Positions 1-9,338 of a stretch of DNA of 32,000 nt are shown here, one piece after another. This DNA comes from Flavobacteriaceae bacterium (GTDB lineage: Bacteria > Bacteroidota > Bacteroidia > Flavobacteriales > Flavobacteriaceae): positions 3,060,001 through 3,092,000 of the forward strand of contig OZ245049.1 of assembly GCA_965224465.1 (NCBI GenBank). The letters run 5' to 3'. Numbering within the stretch: the stretch's first letter is position 1; every line of letters starts with the position of its first letter. The position numbers and the translations under genes were made by a program. The notes below the pieces were generated by a model, which saw nothing but the letters and a program-made list of their open reading frames with translations, made no database searches and had not been told where the DNA came from.

Positions 1-11
1 GGATAGTATTA

Positions 12-93
12 GCTATCGTTCTATTTTTTAACAACGCTAGAACGTAAAACAAACTATTTATATCGGTCATTTTGGGTTTTAGTTGGTATTACT
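12..93 (+). repeat. R1 interspersed repeat, copy a
   Basis: gctatcgttctattttttaacaacgctagaacgtaaaacaaactatttatatcggtcattttgggttttagttggtattac. It recurs at 5330, 10362, 16590, 18081, 20252 and 23776. It contains a 7-bp hairpin, cgttcta (17-23) / tagaacg (38-44). The last ~13 codons and the stop of ORF 54..3338 lie inside it. Confidence 0.8.
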
Positions 94-3000
94 TGTTCAA
101 AAGCTGCTTTTACTTGCTTCTTTTTGCTTTCAGGAACGGCATTATACATTTGTAAATAGAGGTTCTTAAACACGATTAACGAACCTGTATTATGGCGTAT
201 ATAATCTTTTATAATTGTATTAAAAATATCAAATCCAATACGATTGCTTAAGGCATACAGTTCATAGGTTCCTTTGTTTTCTTCGAGGTAGCTAGATCCA
301 TCAGCAAAAATTAACGGTGGTTCTGTATTTGCTTCATTCCCACGACCTTTCTCATACGTGTTTTTCTTTTGTGTTAGATAGTCTGATACTATTTCTTCTC
401 CGAATTTTTGCTTTATCATTTGTAATGCAATGGCTTGTGGTAAGGCAGTATTTAACATTTCTGCTCCTTGTACATTGGCAAATCCAATGTTAGAAAGTAG
501 TTGCTGTTTTATCAGCTGCGTTATCACAGAAAAATAGAGGTAACTTTCTTCTTTCTTTAAACTGGTATCTGCTCTCCATCCTTCTTTTTCAGAAATAAGA
601 ATCAAATTAGAATTTGTATAAAAAGGAGCTCCATAATAGGGGATTTCTGCTATGTTTATCTCTTTATATGGAAGTTCTCCTAGATTTTTCTCGACAAACT
701 GCAGCCCTTCACGGATCACTTTTTTATAGAGATCGATATTAAAACCATTTGTTTTTTTATACCAAATATGTGTATCTATATCTTTATAAGTAATTTTTGT
801 GTTTATATAATCAGAAGATACTATATGGATGTCAAAATCAGTAGGGTTGCTAATTTCATAATGCACATAATTCCGATTGTTCTCCGTCCATCTTTTAGTT
901 GTTTTTCCTATTGATATTGCTTGTTGATCTATGGAAGTACTCACGGTAATTTTCCCAATTACTTTGCCGGCATCTATAGAAAAGTAGTTTTGATTTAACG
1001 CTTTTAGGTTGTTGAGAGCTGGCATTTTAGAGCTTATTTTTTCCAATAGATGAGCCCTTCTTTTTTTGTTTTCGTCGAGCTCTTTTTTAGAATTGTAACC
1101 AAATAAAGGAAAAATATCTCTGTTTATTACAGAGCCGTTAAAGGTCAAGTCCCCCTGTGGATCTGTAGGTGAAAAACCATGATATTGTTTCGAAGCTTTT
1201 AGGCTACACTGGATTTCATCATTTGGAAGTAATCTTTTTGACAAGGGGTAGGCGTATATATTATGTTCTTTATCCTCCCAGCCAACAGATAGCACAGTAT
1301 TGTTGACCTTTAGTTCTTGGATTGTCGTAAAATCGGATACATTTAGGTACAGTGTATCTATAGCAAGCTGACTTTTATTTTTTAATTGAAAGATAGAAGT
1401 ATAGCTTGCTTTTCGTTTATTTGGGTAGAGATCAATATGGATATCTATGTTGTTAATAATGGGTTGAGAAACAGTCTCTAGGTGTTTGTATTTCACTTCA
1501 TAATCAGCGTGTTCTTTTTCTTGGCTCTCTATGGTTTTATAATTACCATTTATTTTCCCTGAAATAAAGGATTGTAACACAAAAAAGAGGATGACCATAC
1601 TGGCAGCGATACTTTTTCCGAACCAGTTGAGCTGATCACCTCTAAAGCTTAGCTTTTTTAACCATTCTTTTTTAAGACCACGTTGCCAAAAATAGATTGC
1701 GCAGAGCATTAGAAAAACAGCGAATGTAGCCCACACCATAAAATACCAAAAAGAGCTGGTAGAAAAAATACCGTAGCCCGCAATTTCAGAGAATTCTTCT
1801 AGCCCAGGAATTCCGATCAATACAGCAAGTCTGTGATCTTCGATAACACCTAAATCAAATGCGATAATAGAGAAGATAAAAATCCCAATAGATAGGATAT
1901 GAGTTAGAAATCTTTTCCCCGTAATTCCTGCTATAAAAAACGGCAAGGTTATGATACTTAAGTAGGTAAGCCATCCGAATTTATAGCCTAAAAGATCTTG
2001 GGCATAAAGACTCCACTCTATATGGGTAAAACCTTTTAGTAATTGGGTTATTAATCCAGCAGATATAATACCAAGTACTAGTATAAGACTGACACCTGCC
2101 ATGGCAACATATTTTGATACGAGTCTTACCCATATAGGTATAGGTAGTGTGTCTGTAATTTGCCAAAGATTTGTGGTTTTTTCTTTAAAGATTAGTTCTC
2201 CAGTCCAGAATAGCAATAGGATGATTATAAAAACCCCTAATATGAGCCTGTTTTGGGTCATATTGGTTGTAATAGGATACTCAGGTCCAATATAATAAGA
2301 GGCATTAAATAGAAAGTTTTGTAATAAGAAAATAAAAATAACGATTCCAAAAACAATTTTGAAACTCTTGGGACGCACCAGATTTATAAATTCCAGTTTT
2401 GCCAAACGCAGAAACTTAAAGGTGTATTCTTTTAAGGAGAATTGTAATTGAACATTTGGAATTAAAACAGTTGTTTTTACCGTTGTTGCAGTACGTTTAG
2501 GGTTGGGATTAAATACACTGTTTTGTTTCGGAGATTTCTTCTCTATAAAATATATAAAAGAAAACTTTTTGTATGCCCAAAACAATCCAATAAAAGACAG
2601 AGACAACCACAGTCCTTTATTTAAAAAATAGGTACTAGTAAGTGGTAAAAAGGCTGTGTTTTTTAGATAGGTTGGTATGGTGTCGAGTGTTTCGGAAACA
2701 TATACGTATGTAAAAGGGTCTAGAATTTCTATGATCCTAATGCTTGTTGAGGTGTGACTTACTCCTTCAAAAACGATAAAAAGTATGGTTAGAAACAGGA
2801 TTCCGAGATAACTGGAATACAGTTTTTTTGTAAGAACCAACGGGACAAAGCAGGCTGCTGTAAGCATAAAAATATTGGGTAATAAGAGTACAAAATATCC
2901 ATGAAGCATTTGTAATAATGGAGGCGGACCAAAATCTTCTGGCTTACCAATACCCGAATATGGCAATAAGAACATTCCGATAACAAAACCAGAGGTTACA

Positions 3001-3338
3001 ATTAAATTGATAAGAAAAGCTGCCAGAAATTTCCCGACAAAAAAAGTTTTTTCATTGATAGGAAAAGTATAGAAGGTTTCTGCGGTTTTATATTCAATAT
3101 CTTTATACAAAACCATTCCTGTAATAACAGCAATAAGTATGATTAATAGCATCCCTCCACCTGTAAAGTTTTTGTAGAGTACCGTAGAAGAGTTTATTAA
3201 AATAGCATCATTAATATAATAATCATAAATCCCTTTGGTTAATATGAATACCTGAAAAAACATCAAAAAGATGTAGAAATAAAATACAGGATTTTTTAAA
3301 TGATTAAGTACCTCAAAATTGATGATTTTTCTAAGCAT
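54..3338 (-). CDS. ABC-2-type transporter permease fused to a C-terminal M1-aminopeptidase-like domain (zinc motif absent)
   Basis: 1094-aa ORF. The N-terminal ~600 aa are strongly hydrophobic and multi-TM. The C-terminal ~470 aa resemble the M1 catalytic region (ANVQG...ML block) seen in Flavobacteriia permease/M1 fusions. The start overlaps the stop of the ATPase gene by 8 nt (3331-3338). There is no HEXXH anywhere in the protein. Confidence 0.75.
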   Translation of the reverse strand: MLRKIINFEVLNHLKNPVFYFYIFLMFFQVFILTKGIYDYYINDAILINSSTVLYKNFTGGGMLLIILIAVITGMVLYKDIEYKTAETFYTFPINEKTFFVGKFLAAFLINLIVTSGFVIGMFLLPYSGIGKPEDFGPPPLLQMLHGYFVLLLPNIFMLTAACFVPLVLTKKLYSSYLGILFLTILFIVFEGVSHTSTSIRIIEILDPFTYVYVSETLDTIPTYLKNTAFLPLTSTYFLNKGLWLSLSFIGLFWAYKKFSFIYFIEKKSPKQNSVFNPNPKRTATTVKTTVLIPNVQLQFSLKEYTFKFLRLAKLEFINLVRPKSFKIVFGIVIFIFLLQNFLFNASYYIGPEYPITTNMTQNRLILGVFIIILLLFWTGELIFKEKTTNLWQITDTLPIPIWVRLVSKYVAMAGVSLILVLGIISAGLITQLLKGFTHIEWSLYAQDLLGYKFGWLTYLSIITLPFFIAGITGKRFLTHILSIGIFIFSIIAFDLGVIEDHRLAVLIGIPGLEEFSEIAGYGIFSTSSFWYFMVWATFAVFLMLCAIYFWQRGLKKEWLKKLSFRGDQLNWFGKSIAASMVILFFVLQSFISGKINGNYKTIESQEKEHADYEVKYKHLETVSQPIINNIDIHIDLYPNKRKASYTSIFQLKNKSQLAIDTLYLNVSDFTTIQELKVNNTVLSVGWEDKEHNIYAYPLSKRLLPNDEIQCSLKASKQYHGFSPTDPQGDLTFNGSVINRDIFPLFGYNSKKELDENKKRRAHLLEKISSKMPALNNLKALNQNYFSIDAGKVIGKITVSTSIDQQAISIGKTTKRWTENNRNYVHYEISNPTDFDIHIVSSDYINTKITYKDIDTHIWYKKTNGFNIDLYKKVIREGLQFVEKNLGELPYKEINIAEIPYYGAPFYTNSNLILISEKEGWRADTSLKKEESYLYFSVITQLIKQQLLSNIGFANVQGAEMLNTALPQAIALQMIKQKFGEEIVSDYLTQKKNTYEKGRGNEANTEPPLIFADGSSYLEENKGTYELYALSNRIGFDIFNTIIKDYIRHNTGSLIVFKNLYLQMYNAVPESKKKQVKAAFEQVIPTKTQNDRYK

Positions 3339-4230
3339 AGCTCAATTCTTTTTTGGTGAGACGTTTGGGTTGGATTTCGTAAAAATAGACATCTTCAAGT
3401 GTGGGGGGTTTCGCCCGAAAACTGGAGTTTGGTTGTTCTTCCGACACTACTGTGATCATCATTTTTCCACGATGAAAACGATTGGATATAACAAGATAAT
3501 CTTTTTGGTATTTTTCCAATTGATTTTTCTCTATGTCTAATTCCCAGAGTTTATTTTTTAATGATTGTTCTAGGACACCTGGTTTTCCTGCACGCAATAC
3601 CTTTCCGTTTCCTATAATTGCCATGTCGTTACACAAGGTGCTTACATCTTCTACAATATGTGTAGATAGTATTACAATTGTATCTTCACTTAATTCAGAG
3701 AGCAGGTTGTAAAAACGGTTGCGTTCCATGGGGTCTAGCCCTGCTGTAGGTTCGTCAACAATAATAAGTTGGGGGTTGTTTAACAATGCTTGCGCTATTC
3801 CAAAACGTTGTTTCATACCACCAGAATAGCCTCCTAGATTGTTCTTTTTTACATCCCATAGGTTTACTTTTTTTAACAAAGATTCAACGATTTCTTTCCG
3901 TTGTTTTTTACTACTGATGCCTTTCATATCTGCCAAATGCAGTAGCATTTCATACGCATTTACATTAGGGTAGACTCCAAATTCTTGAGGTAAATAACCT
4001 AAAACTTTGCGTATCTGATGAGGTTCTTTAAGGATATTGATACCGTTAAAATGAATGTTTCCAGTATCAGGATTTTGCAATGTAGCGATGATGCGCATAA
4101 GGGTAGATTTACCGGCTCCATTTTGTCCGAGTAAACCAAACATTCCTTTGCCTATGGATAGAGAGACATCTTGCAATGCTTTGACTCCATTGCTATACGT
4201 CTTTGATAAATTATTTATTTCTAATTTCAT
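3331..4230 (-). CDS. ABC transporter ATP-binding protein
   Basis: Walker A GQNGAGKST, ABC signature YSGGMKQR, Walker B LIIVDEPTAGLD, H-loop STHIVED. Translationally coupled to the downstream permease. Confidence 0.95.
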   Translation of the reverse strand: MKLEINNLSKTYSNGVKALQDVSLSIGKGMFGLLGQNGAGKSTLMRIIATLQNPDTGNIHFNGINILKEPHQIRKVLGYLPQEFGVYPNVNAYEMLLHLADMKGISSKKQRKEIVESLLKKVNLWDVKKNNLGGYSGGMKQRFGIAQALLNNPQLIIVDEPTAGLDPMERNRFYNLLSELSEDTIVILSTHIVEDVSTLCNDMAIIGNGKVLRAGKPGVLEQSLKNKLWELDIEKNQLEKYQKDYLVISNRFHRGKMMITVVSEEQPNSSFRAKPPTLEDVYFYEIQPKRLTKKELSYA

Positions 4231-4249
4231 GAGATTTTTTTTAGTATTT

Positions 4250-4840
4250 TTAGTTGAAAGTAGAGGTTACTGTTATAGAAACATCATCCCATAATTTTAC
4301 GATACCGTCACTTCCTCTGTGTACCAATTCGCATTGGTTATTTAAGGATGCAATCGCTTTTTCTACATTCCATTTGCGCAGATCCATAATGGCTGTTAAT
4401 TTGAATTTTTCTCCCTCTATGCTGTATGTAAAGTGTAATTGATCTGTGATTCCGTTCATTGTGAATTCAACAAAACCAGTGGTTTCGTCTGTTAATTTGA
4501 TCTTTCCAGATAAAAGAGAGGTGTTGTCCATCACTTTAAAAAAGTAATTGATGATATTGTATTTTCCTCCACTACTAACAAGAGAACTAATAGGAATTGA
4601 AAACGTTACATTTTCTATTGCTTCTTTTAGCGTGTTTCCCTCCCCTTGCGAAGTGATTTTAATCTTAGAAAATTTTCCTATTACAGGGGTTTTGGAGCTT
4701 GTCTTATAGGCAGTCCATTCAATATTATTTTCAGCATCATTTAATTTATATTTAAGAGGTATTTCATTCTTGTCAGTACAGCAACTGGATAAAATAAGGA
4801 AGAAATATAGGGGGATAAGTACTAAATTATGTTTTTTCAT
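4250..4840 (-). CDS. Lipoprotein, YceI-like (tentative)
   Basis: Signal peptide plus lipobox (LILSSC). The beta-rich sequence pattern is compatible with the YceI fold. It is adjacent to a DoxX gene. The function call rests on resemblance only. Confidence 0.55.
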   Translation of the reverse strand: MKKHNLVLIPLYFFLILSSCCTDKNEIPLKYKLNDAENNIEWTAYKTSSKTPVIGKFSKIKITSQGEGNTLKEAIENVTFSIPISSLVSSGGKYNIINYFFKVMDNTSLLSGKIKLTDETTGFVEFTMNGITDQLHFTYSIEGEKFKLTAIMDLRKWNVEKAIASLNNQCELVHRGSDGIVKLWDDVSITVTSTFN

Positions 4841-4870
4841 GAGTCGTTTTTTGAGTTGATTGTTTTGTGC

Positions 4871-5287
4871 CTATATCCACCTGTCTTGCCGTTGTAAAAT
4901 GGCAGGTTTTATTTTATTGAAATTGTATCCGATTAAACTGAGGTTACATATAAAAAGGAAAAAATCGAAAGCTACGTACGATGCGTTTCTTGAAATAAAA
5001 ACGTGTACCATTACCACACATAATAGGATAGGTGTAAGCATGATGCTCCCCAATAAATAGGTTCGTTTAAAAATTAGAAGTATTCCACATAATAATTGAA
5101 AAAAACCTACAAAATATAGAAAACCTGTATGTTGTAAGAGTTCGTAGAATTCTATAAAATGAATGCTGCTTCCTGCGGAGCTTTCTTTAAAAGCAGCGGA
5201 GTTATAAGGAAGGAATAGTTTTTCTATGCCGTGAAATATAAAGAGCAGCCCTAAGAGAAAACGAATACTATATATAATTATTTTCAT
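4871..5287 (-). CDS. DoxX family membrane protein
   Basis: 138 aa with four hydrophobic helices and an N-terminal FIFHGIEKLF motif typical of DoxX. Confidence 0.7.
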   Translation of the reverse strand: MKIIIYSIRFLLGLLFIFHGIEKLFLPYNSAAFKESSAGSSIHFIEFYELLQHTGFLYFVGFFQLLCGILLIFKRTYLLGSIMLTPILLCVVMVHVFISRNASYVAFDFFLFICNLSLIGYNFNKIKPAILQRQDRWI

Positions 5288-5329
5288 AAGATTTAATAAT
5301 GGTTAATCACTGTTTGGATATGAGAACGT

Positions 5330-5420
5330 ATACTTATTACAATTTGAAATGATCCCTATAAATAGTTTCTTTTATGTTCTAGTGTTGTTAAAAAATAGAA
5401 CGATAGCTAAGGCCATCCAT
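5330..5420 (-). repeat. R1 interspersed repeat, copy b (inverted orientation)
   Basis: The reverse complement reads ...gctatcgttctattttttaacaacactagaacataaaagaaactatttatagggatcatttcaaattgtaataagta, which aligns along the full R1 core. Confidence 0.7.
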
Positions 5421-5508
5421 CTATTTTCTGCCTAGCTAAAACAAAAAATAATTCCATTTCTACAGTCACTCGGAAATGTATTTGAATTGTGTATTAGCAG
5501 AAAAAAAA

Positions 5509-5526
5509 GGGGAGTCAGACCTCCCC
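5509..5526 (-). terminator. Rho-independent terminator (bidirectional shape) downstream of the DUF4374-like gene
   Basis: ggggag-tcagac-ctcccc, with an A8 run upstream and attctttttt downstream. On the minus strand this is a GC stem followed by U8, 16 nt after the stop at 5542. Confidence 0.65.
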
Positions 5527-5541
5527 ATTCTTTTTTCTAGG

Positions 5542-6819
5542 TTATTTTAACTTCAAAATTCTGGGGATACCAGCAGTCGTAAACATTTTTTTACTTTTCA
5601 GCGTATTTATATCTATCTCTTTTATATAAGATGCTGTTTTGTTTACATAAGGAATGTATGCTTTTCCTTTCTCGAAGTAAATATTACTAGCCATTGCACC
5701 AATGGTATATTCATCATTTACTTTTTGAGCAGTTTTATCATATAGGTTAAATTTGTACCACTGTGCAATTGGATCGGTATAATAAGAATACGGATTGTCT
5801 GGGTTTACTTTAGATTTATCATTTGAAGTCGCAAAGAAGTTTCCATTTCCTATATATTCGAAATTCACAACGGGGTTGTTTAAACCTCTACTTGCGGTTT
5901 CTAAATCAAAGTAATAATCGGGATCAAAATCGGTTTCTCCCTTTTTTATACGTAAAATACAGGCAGGTTTACCAACATTTAATCCTCCCCAGTAGTTGTG
6001 ACAAAGCATATAAATATCATTTTTACTATCTTTTATCATAAATTTTGCTCCTTGTCCAGAATTCCAAGAACCTACACTATTTCCTTTGTCACTAGAGATC
6101 CATTTTACAACAGCTCCAGAATTATCAGAAGAGTGAATGTCTACTTTATTTAAATCTATGACAAGCATGTCGGCTGTAGGAGACGCAGGGATGTCTGGGG
6201 TAAGGCTGTTAAGAAAGAAAAATCCGATAAAAAGGTGATTTCCACTTATGATCATTTCGGTAGGGACTTGTGCATTAATTTTTTTTCCTTCCGAAGGGAA
6301 ATTGGTCACTTCTCCTAAACGAGAAAACGAACTAAAATCTATTTGCCCTGTTTTTTCCATGCTTTCAGGGTTGAATATTAGTATTTTACTGCTAGAAGGT
6401 CCTCCAACAAAAGCTGTGTTTTTGTCTTTAAAACAGATATTACCTTGGTATCCAAGTTCAGAAACACTAAGTCTTCCTTCTTTTGTAAACCCTTCTTTTT
6501 TATCATAAACCCATTTTGTTATTTCTTGCGGGGCGCCAAATTTATTAGCGTAAAAATTCCCGTTGAATTCATAAATCCCAGCAATTCCTTCGGCTATAAT
6601 TTCTGTCGCTTTTTTATTGTTATATTCTTTTTTATCGCTCAATGTTTTAATGGACTGTAGGTAAAATCCGTAATTAAATGTCCCTCCTTTTACGGTTGTG
6701 ACAAGGGCGTATTTGGCACTGTTATCTACTTTTGGTTCATCGTCATCATTTTTGTTACAGGAACAAAACAGTAGGCTTATAAAAGCTATTAGTACTAAAT
6801 GGTTTCTTAATTTCATCAT
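5542..6819 (-). CDS. Cell-surface lipoprotein, DUF4374-like (tentative), partner of the TonB-dependent receptor
   Basis: Signal peptide plus lipobox (LLFCSC). 425 aa and immediately downstream of a TonB-dependent receptor, which is the usual DUF4374 position. The family call is from memory of this synteny, not a search. Confidence 0.55.
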   Translation of the reverse strand: MMKLRNHLVLIAFISLLFCSCNKNDDDEPKVDNSAKYALVTTVKGGTFNYGFYLQSIKTLSDKKEYNNKKATEIIAEGIAGIYEFNGNFYANKFGAPQEITKWVYDKKEGFTKEGRLSVSELGYQGNICFKDKNTAFVGGPSSSKILIFNPESMEKTGQIDFSSFSRLGEVTNFPSEGKKINAQVPTEMIISGNHLFIGFFFLNSLTPDIPASPTADMLVIDLNKVDIHSSDNSGAVVKWISSDKGNSVGSWNSGQGAKFMIKDSKNDIYMLCHNYWGGLNVGKPACILRIKKGETDFDPDYYFDLETASRGLNNPVVNFEYIGNGNFFATSNDKSKVNPDNPYSYYTDPIAQWYKFNLYDKTAQKVNDEYTIGAMASNIYFEKGKAYIPYVNKTASYIKEIDINTLKSKKMFTTAGIPRILKLK

Positions 6820-6844
6820 TTTATTTTATTTAAATTAGGTTACT

Positions 6845-9208
6845 TTATTTGATATACATTCTTAGTTTTAGGTAAAAACTTCTTCCTGGTTTTTCTACCT
6901 TATAATTGTCATAAGCAAGTTGTCCTGTAAAATTGACACACTCTAAATTTATGCTGTACTTGTCATTCGGAAATACATAACCTATAGAAGCATTATGAGT
7001 AAATTGTGTGGGTATTTTTGCTTTGGATTTTGCGCTACCATCGTCTTCCCAAGCCAGAAAAAAGTCATGAACATACGTATTGTTGTAACTTAATTCTACA
7101 CGACTGTTTTTTATGAATACATCTGAAAAACTATAGGTAGCTACCATGTTTGCAAAGAGATATGGAGTGTTTGGGATTCTAGAACCGATGTGTCGAGGTT
7201 CTATTTTTCCAGATCCATCAGTGTTTTTTAAGGTGATTTTTTGCCACGTAGCATTTGTACATAAGAATAGATTTTTAAAGGGGTTTATTTTGAATGTTGC
7301 TTCAATACCTAGAGACTTGGTGTTGAGTAGGTTGTCGTATAAAGAAATGCTTCTGGAAACTATATTTAAAAATATTTGATTTTTGGTGTTTCTATAAAAT
7401 CCATTTACAGAAATCCCAAGGTTGTTTTTTGGGAGGTTAAATTCCAATCCAGTATTGATATTGTGGCTTTTTTCTGGTACTAAGTTTGGATTGGCGGAAA
7501 TGGTGATGCCGTTCCCAAATAATTCTTCTCCATCAGGAAGCCTGAGTGCGTATTCGTAGCCGAGATAGAAAGAAAGTTCAGGGCTAAATAGAACCTTTAA
7601 GGCATCCCCATATCCTACTATAGAATATTGATTGTCTAGGTACTGATCAAAACTATTATCCTCATTTAAATTCGCTATATGATTTTTCATATAATGGTAT
7701 TTTACAGAGAGCATGTTGGTTATATTTTTATTGAAGACTTTGGTTTCTAGTGAGAGGCCAAAAAATGTTTTTGTAAAATTTTGAGGCTTGCTATAAAAAT
7801 CTTCTTTATAAGTTGCGGATCCTGCTTTGTCCTCTCCCGTGATTTCTCTAAAAGAAGTTAGATTGGTGAAATTGAGAGTGTGGTGCGGATTGAGTTTGTA
7901 ATTGATGTTGATTCTTCCAAATATCTTTTCTATAGCTATTTTAGGCGTACGGCCTTCTACATAAAAGCCGCTTTCTCCTTTGTTGTATTTATTTGTGAAA
8001 TGTCCATCCCAAAAATAATTTTTACCTGCAACATCCACTATTTTCCATTTTTGGAAATTATAGCCCAATAGGCTCGAGATTTTTAGCGTATTGTTTCTCG
8101 TGTTTTTTTTCCAGGAGACAACACTGTTAAAGTCGCTGTTTTTTCCATGTACTTCTCCCCAAGGAGCTATTGCCCTTATGCCATGTTGCCATTCTTTGTC
8201 AATGTCGGATACGCTAAGTAATAGCCTAAAATCATCTGCCCAAGAAACGTTTTGAAACCCATACTGAACCCTACCTAAATACGAAGTGTAAGCATCATTA
8301 AAGCGTCTTGCTTTTCCTTTTTTTGTATTGTAGAGATCATCAATAACCAAATCTACATCATGCATCCAATAATCATTATCAGAATGATTAAAGAAACCGT
8401 CTACTTGAAAAAATTGCTTTTTATTTTTGTTCAAATATCTTTTTAGCCCAATGCCAACTTTATGTGTATTCCAGGATCCCACTGTATAGGAAGCCTCCAT
8501 ATAATTCTGATACCTGTTTGTAGTTTCAATATGGATAACACCTCCCAATGCATCTGTACCAAATTCTACAGGAACAAGGCCTTTATAAATTTCTATATGT
8601 TTAATGATGTTTGGTGAAATGTTGTTTAGATTAAAACCAGCGCCTAATAAGTCCAAGGGAATGTCATCTACAAAAGTCCGAATGCCTTTTCCTGATATTC
8701 CGTTGATCATAATGTTTGAGGCACTGCCTACACCGCCTTGTTTTCTGACACGTATGCCAGATATTTGCCCCACTAGATCTATAACATTGGTAGATTTAGT
8801 ATGTATTTCTTTTAAGGATATAACCGTTGGCTTGAGGACCGTTTCTCTTAGGATTTGATTTGCGCTCTTGCCTCTAATTACCACTTGATTTAGGTTACTG
8901 GTTGTTTCTTGAAGTGTAAAATTAATTGTTTTTCTGCCTCCTTTAAGTGTGATGGTTTTCCGAATTGTTTCTTTACCTATATAGGAAACGATAAGTTCAT
9001 AGTTCCCGTTTGGAATGTTTTTAAGATAATAACCACCACCTTCTTTACTAGTAGTTCCAATATCGGTTCCAGGTAAATAAATGGATACATTAGGGATGCC
9101 AATTCCTGTTGTAGATAACATTTTTCCGGAAATTGTATTCTGACTATGTAGAAAAGGAATAATGAAGAGCATAAATGCAATAATTAACGGAGATTGTTTG
9201 TTTGACAT
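6845..9208 (-). CDS. TonB-dependent receptor with N-terminal carboxypeptidase-regulatory-like domain
   Basis: Signal peptide. CarbopepD_reg-like ISGKMLS...GNYELIVSYIG, plug region (VVIRGKSA...NIMINGISG...FVDDIPL), and a long beta-barrel with alternating aromatic patterns. Confidence 0.9.
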   Translation of the reverse strand: MSNKQSPLIIAFMLFIIPFLHSQNTISGKMLSTTGIGIPNVSIYLPGTDIGTTSKEGGGYYLKNIPNGNYELIVSYIGKETIRKTITLKGGRKTINFTLQETTSNLNQVVIRGKSANQILRETVLKPTVISLKEIHTKSTNVIDLVGQISGIRVRKQGGVGSASNIMINGISGKGIRTFVDDIPLDLLGAGFNLNNISPNIIKHIEIYKGLVPVEFGTDALGGVIHIETTNRYQNYMEASYTVGSWNTHKVGIGLKRYLNKNKKQFFQVDGFFNHSDNDYWMHDVDLVIDDLYNTKKGKARRFNDAYTSYLGRVQYGFQNVSWADDFRLLLSVSDIDKEWQHGIRAIAPWGEVHGKNSDFNSVVSWKKNTRNNTLKISSLLGYNFQKWKIVDVAGKNYFWDGHFTNKYNKGESGFYVEGRTPKIAIEKIFGRININYKLNPHHTLNFTNLTSFREITGEDKAGSATYKEDFYSKPQNFTKTFFGLSLETKVFNKNITNMLSVKYHYMKNHIANLNEDNSFDQYLDNQYSIVGYGDALKVLFSPELSFYLGYEYALRLPDGEELFGNGITISANPNLVPEKSHNINTGLEFNLPKNNLGISVNGFYRNTKNQIFLNIVSRSISLYDNLLNTKSLGIEATFKINPFKNLFLCTNATWQKITLKNTDGSGKIEPRHIGSRIPNTPYLFANMVATYSFSDVFIKNSRVELSYNNTYVHDFFLAWEDDGSAKSKAKIPTQFTHNASIGYVFPNDKYSINLECVNFTGQLAYDNYKVEKPGRSFYLKLRMYIK

Positions 9209-9338
9209 ATATAAAATGAGTTGTCTTTATTTAGACTAATTATAAATAACGTATATTTGAAGACAAATATAAATTGGATATGAAGAATCGAAGCTACGCG
9301 AAACGGAAAGTTTTGTACATAAAACGGAATAATTTGAT

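Noticed and set aside
1981-9180. Numerous 60-90 aa track ORFs nested inside or antisense to large genes (1981..2166, 2101..2295, 2789..2986, 3319..3540, 4055..4294, 4254..4442, 4860..5060, 5823..6041, 6248..6508, 6445..6660, 7146..7379, 7880..8071, 8604..8858, 8977..9180)
   Set aside because: They lie entirely within long, motif-bearing ORFs on another frame or strand. Their translations are low-complexity, as expected from AT-rich DNA. The same reasoning applies to 9452..9649, 10882..11073, 13768..13971, 14479..14850, 16765..17007, 19072..19329, 19557..19913, 20698..20928, 24957..25220, 27578..27817 and 30616..30798.
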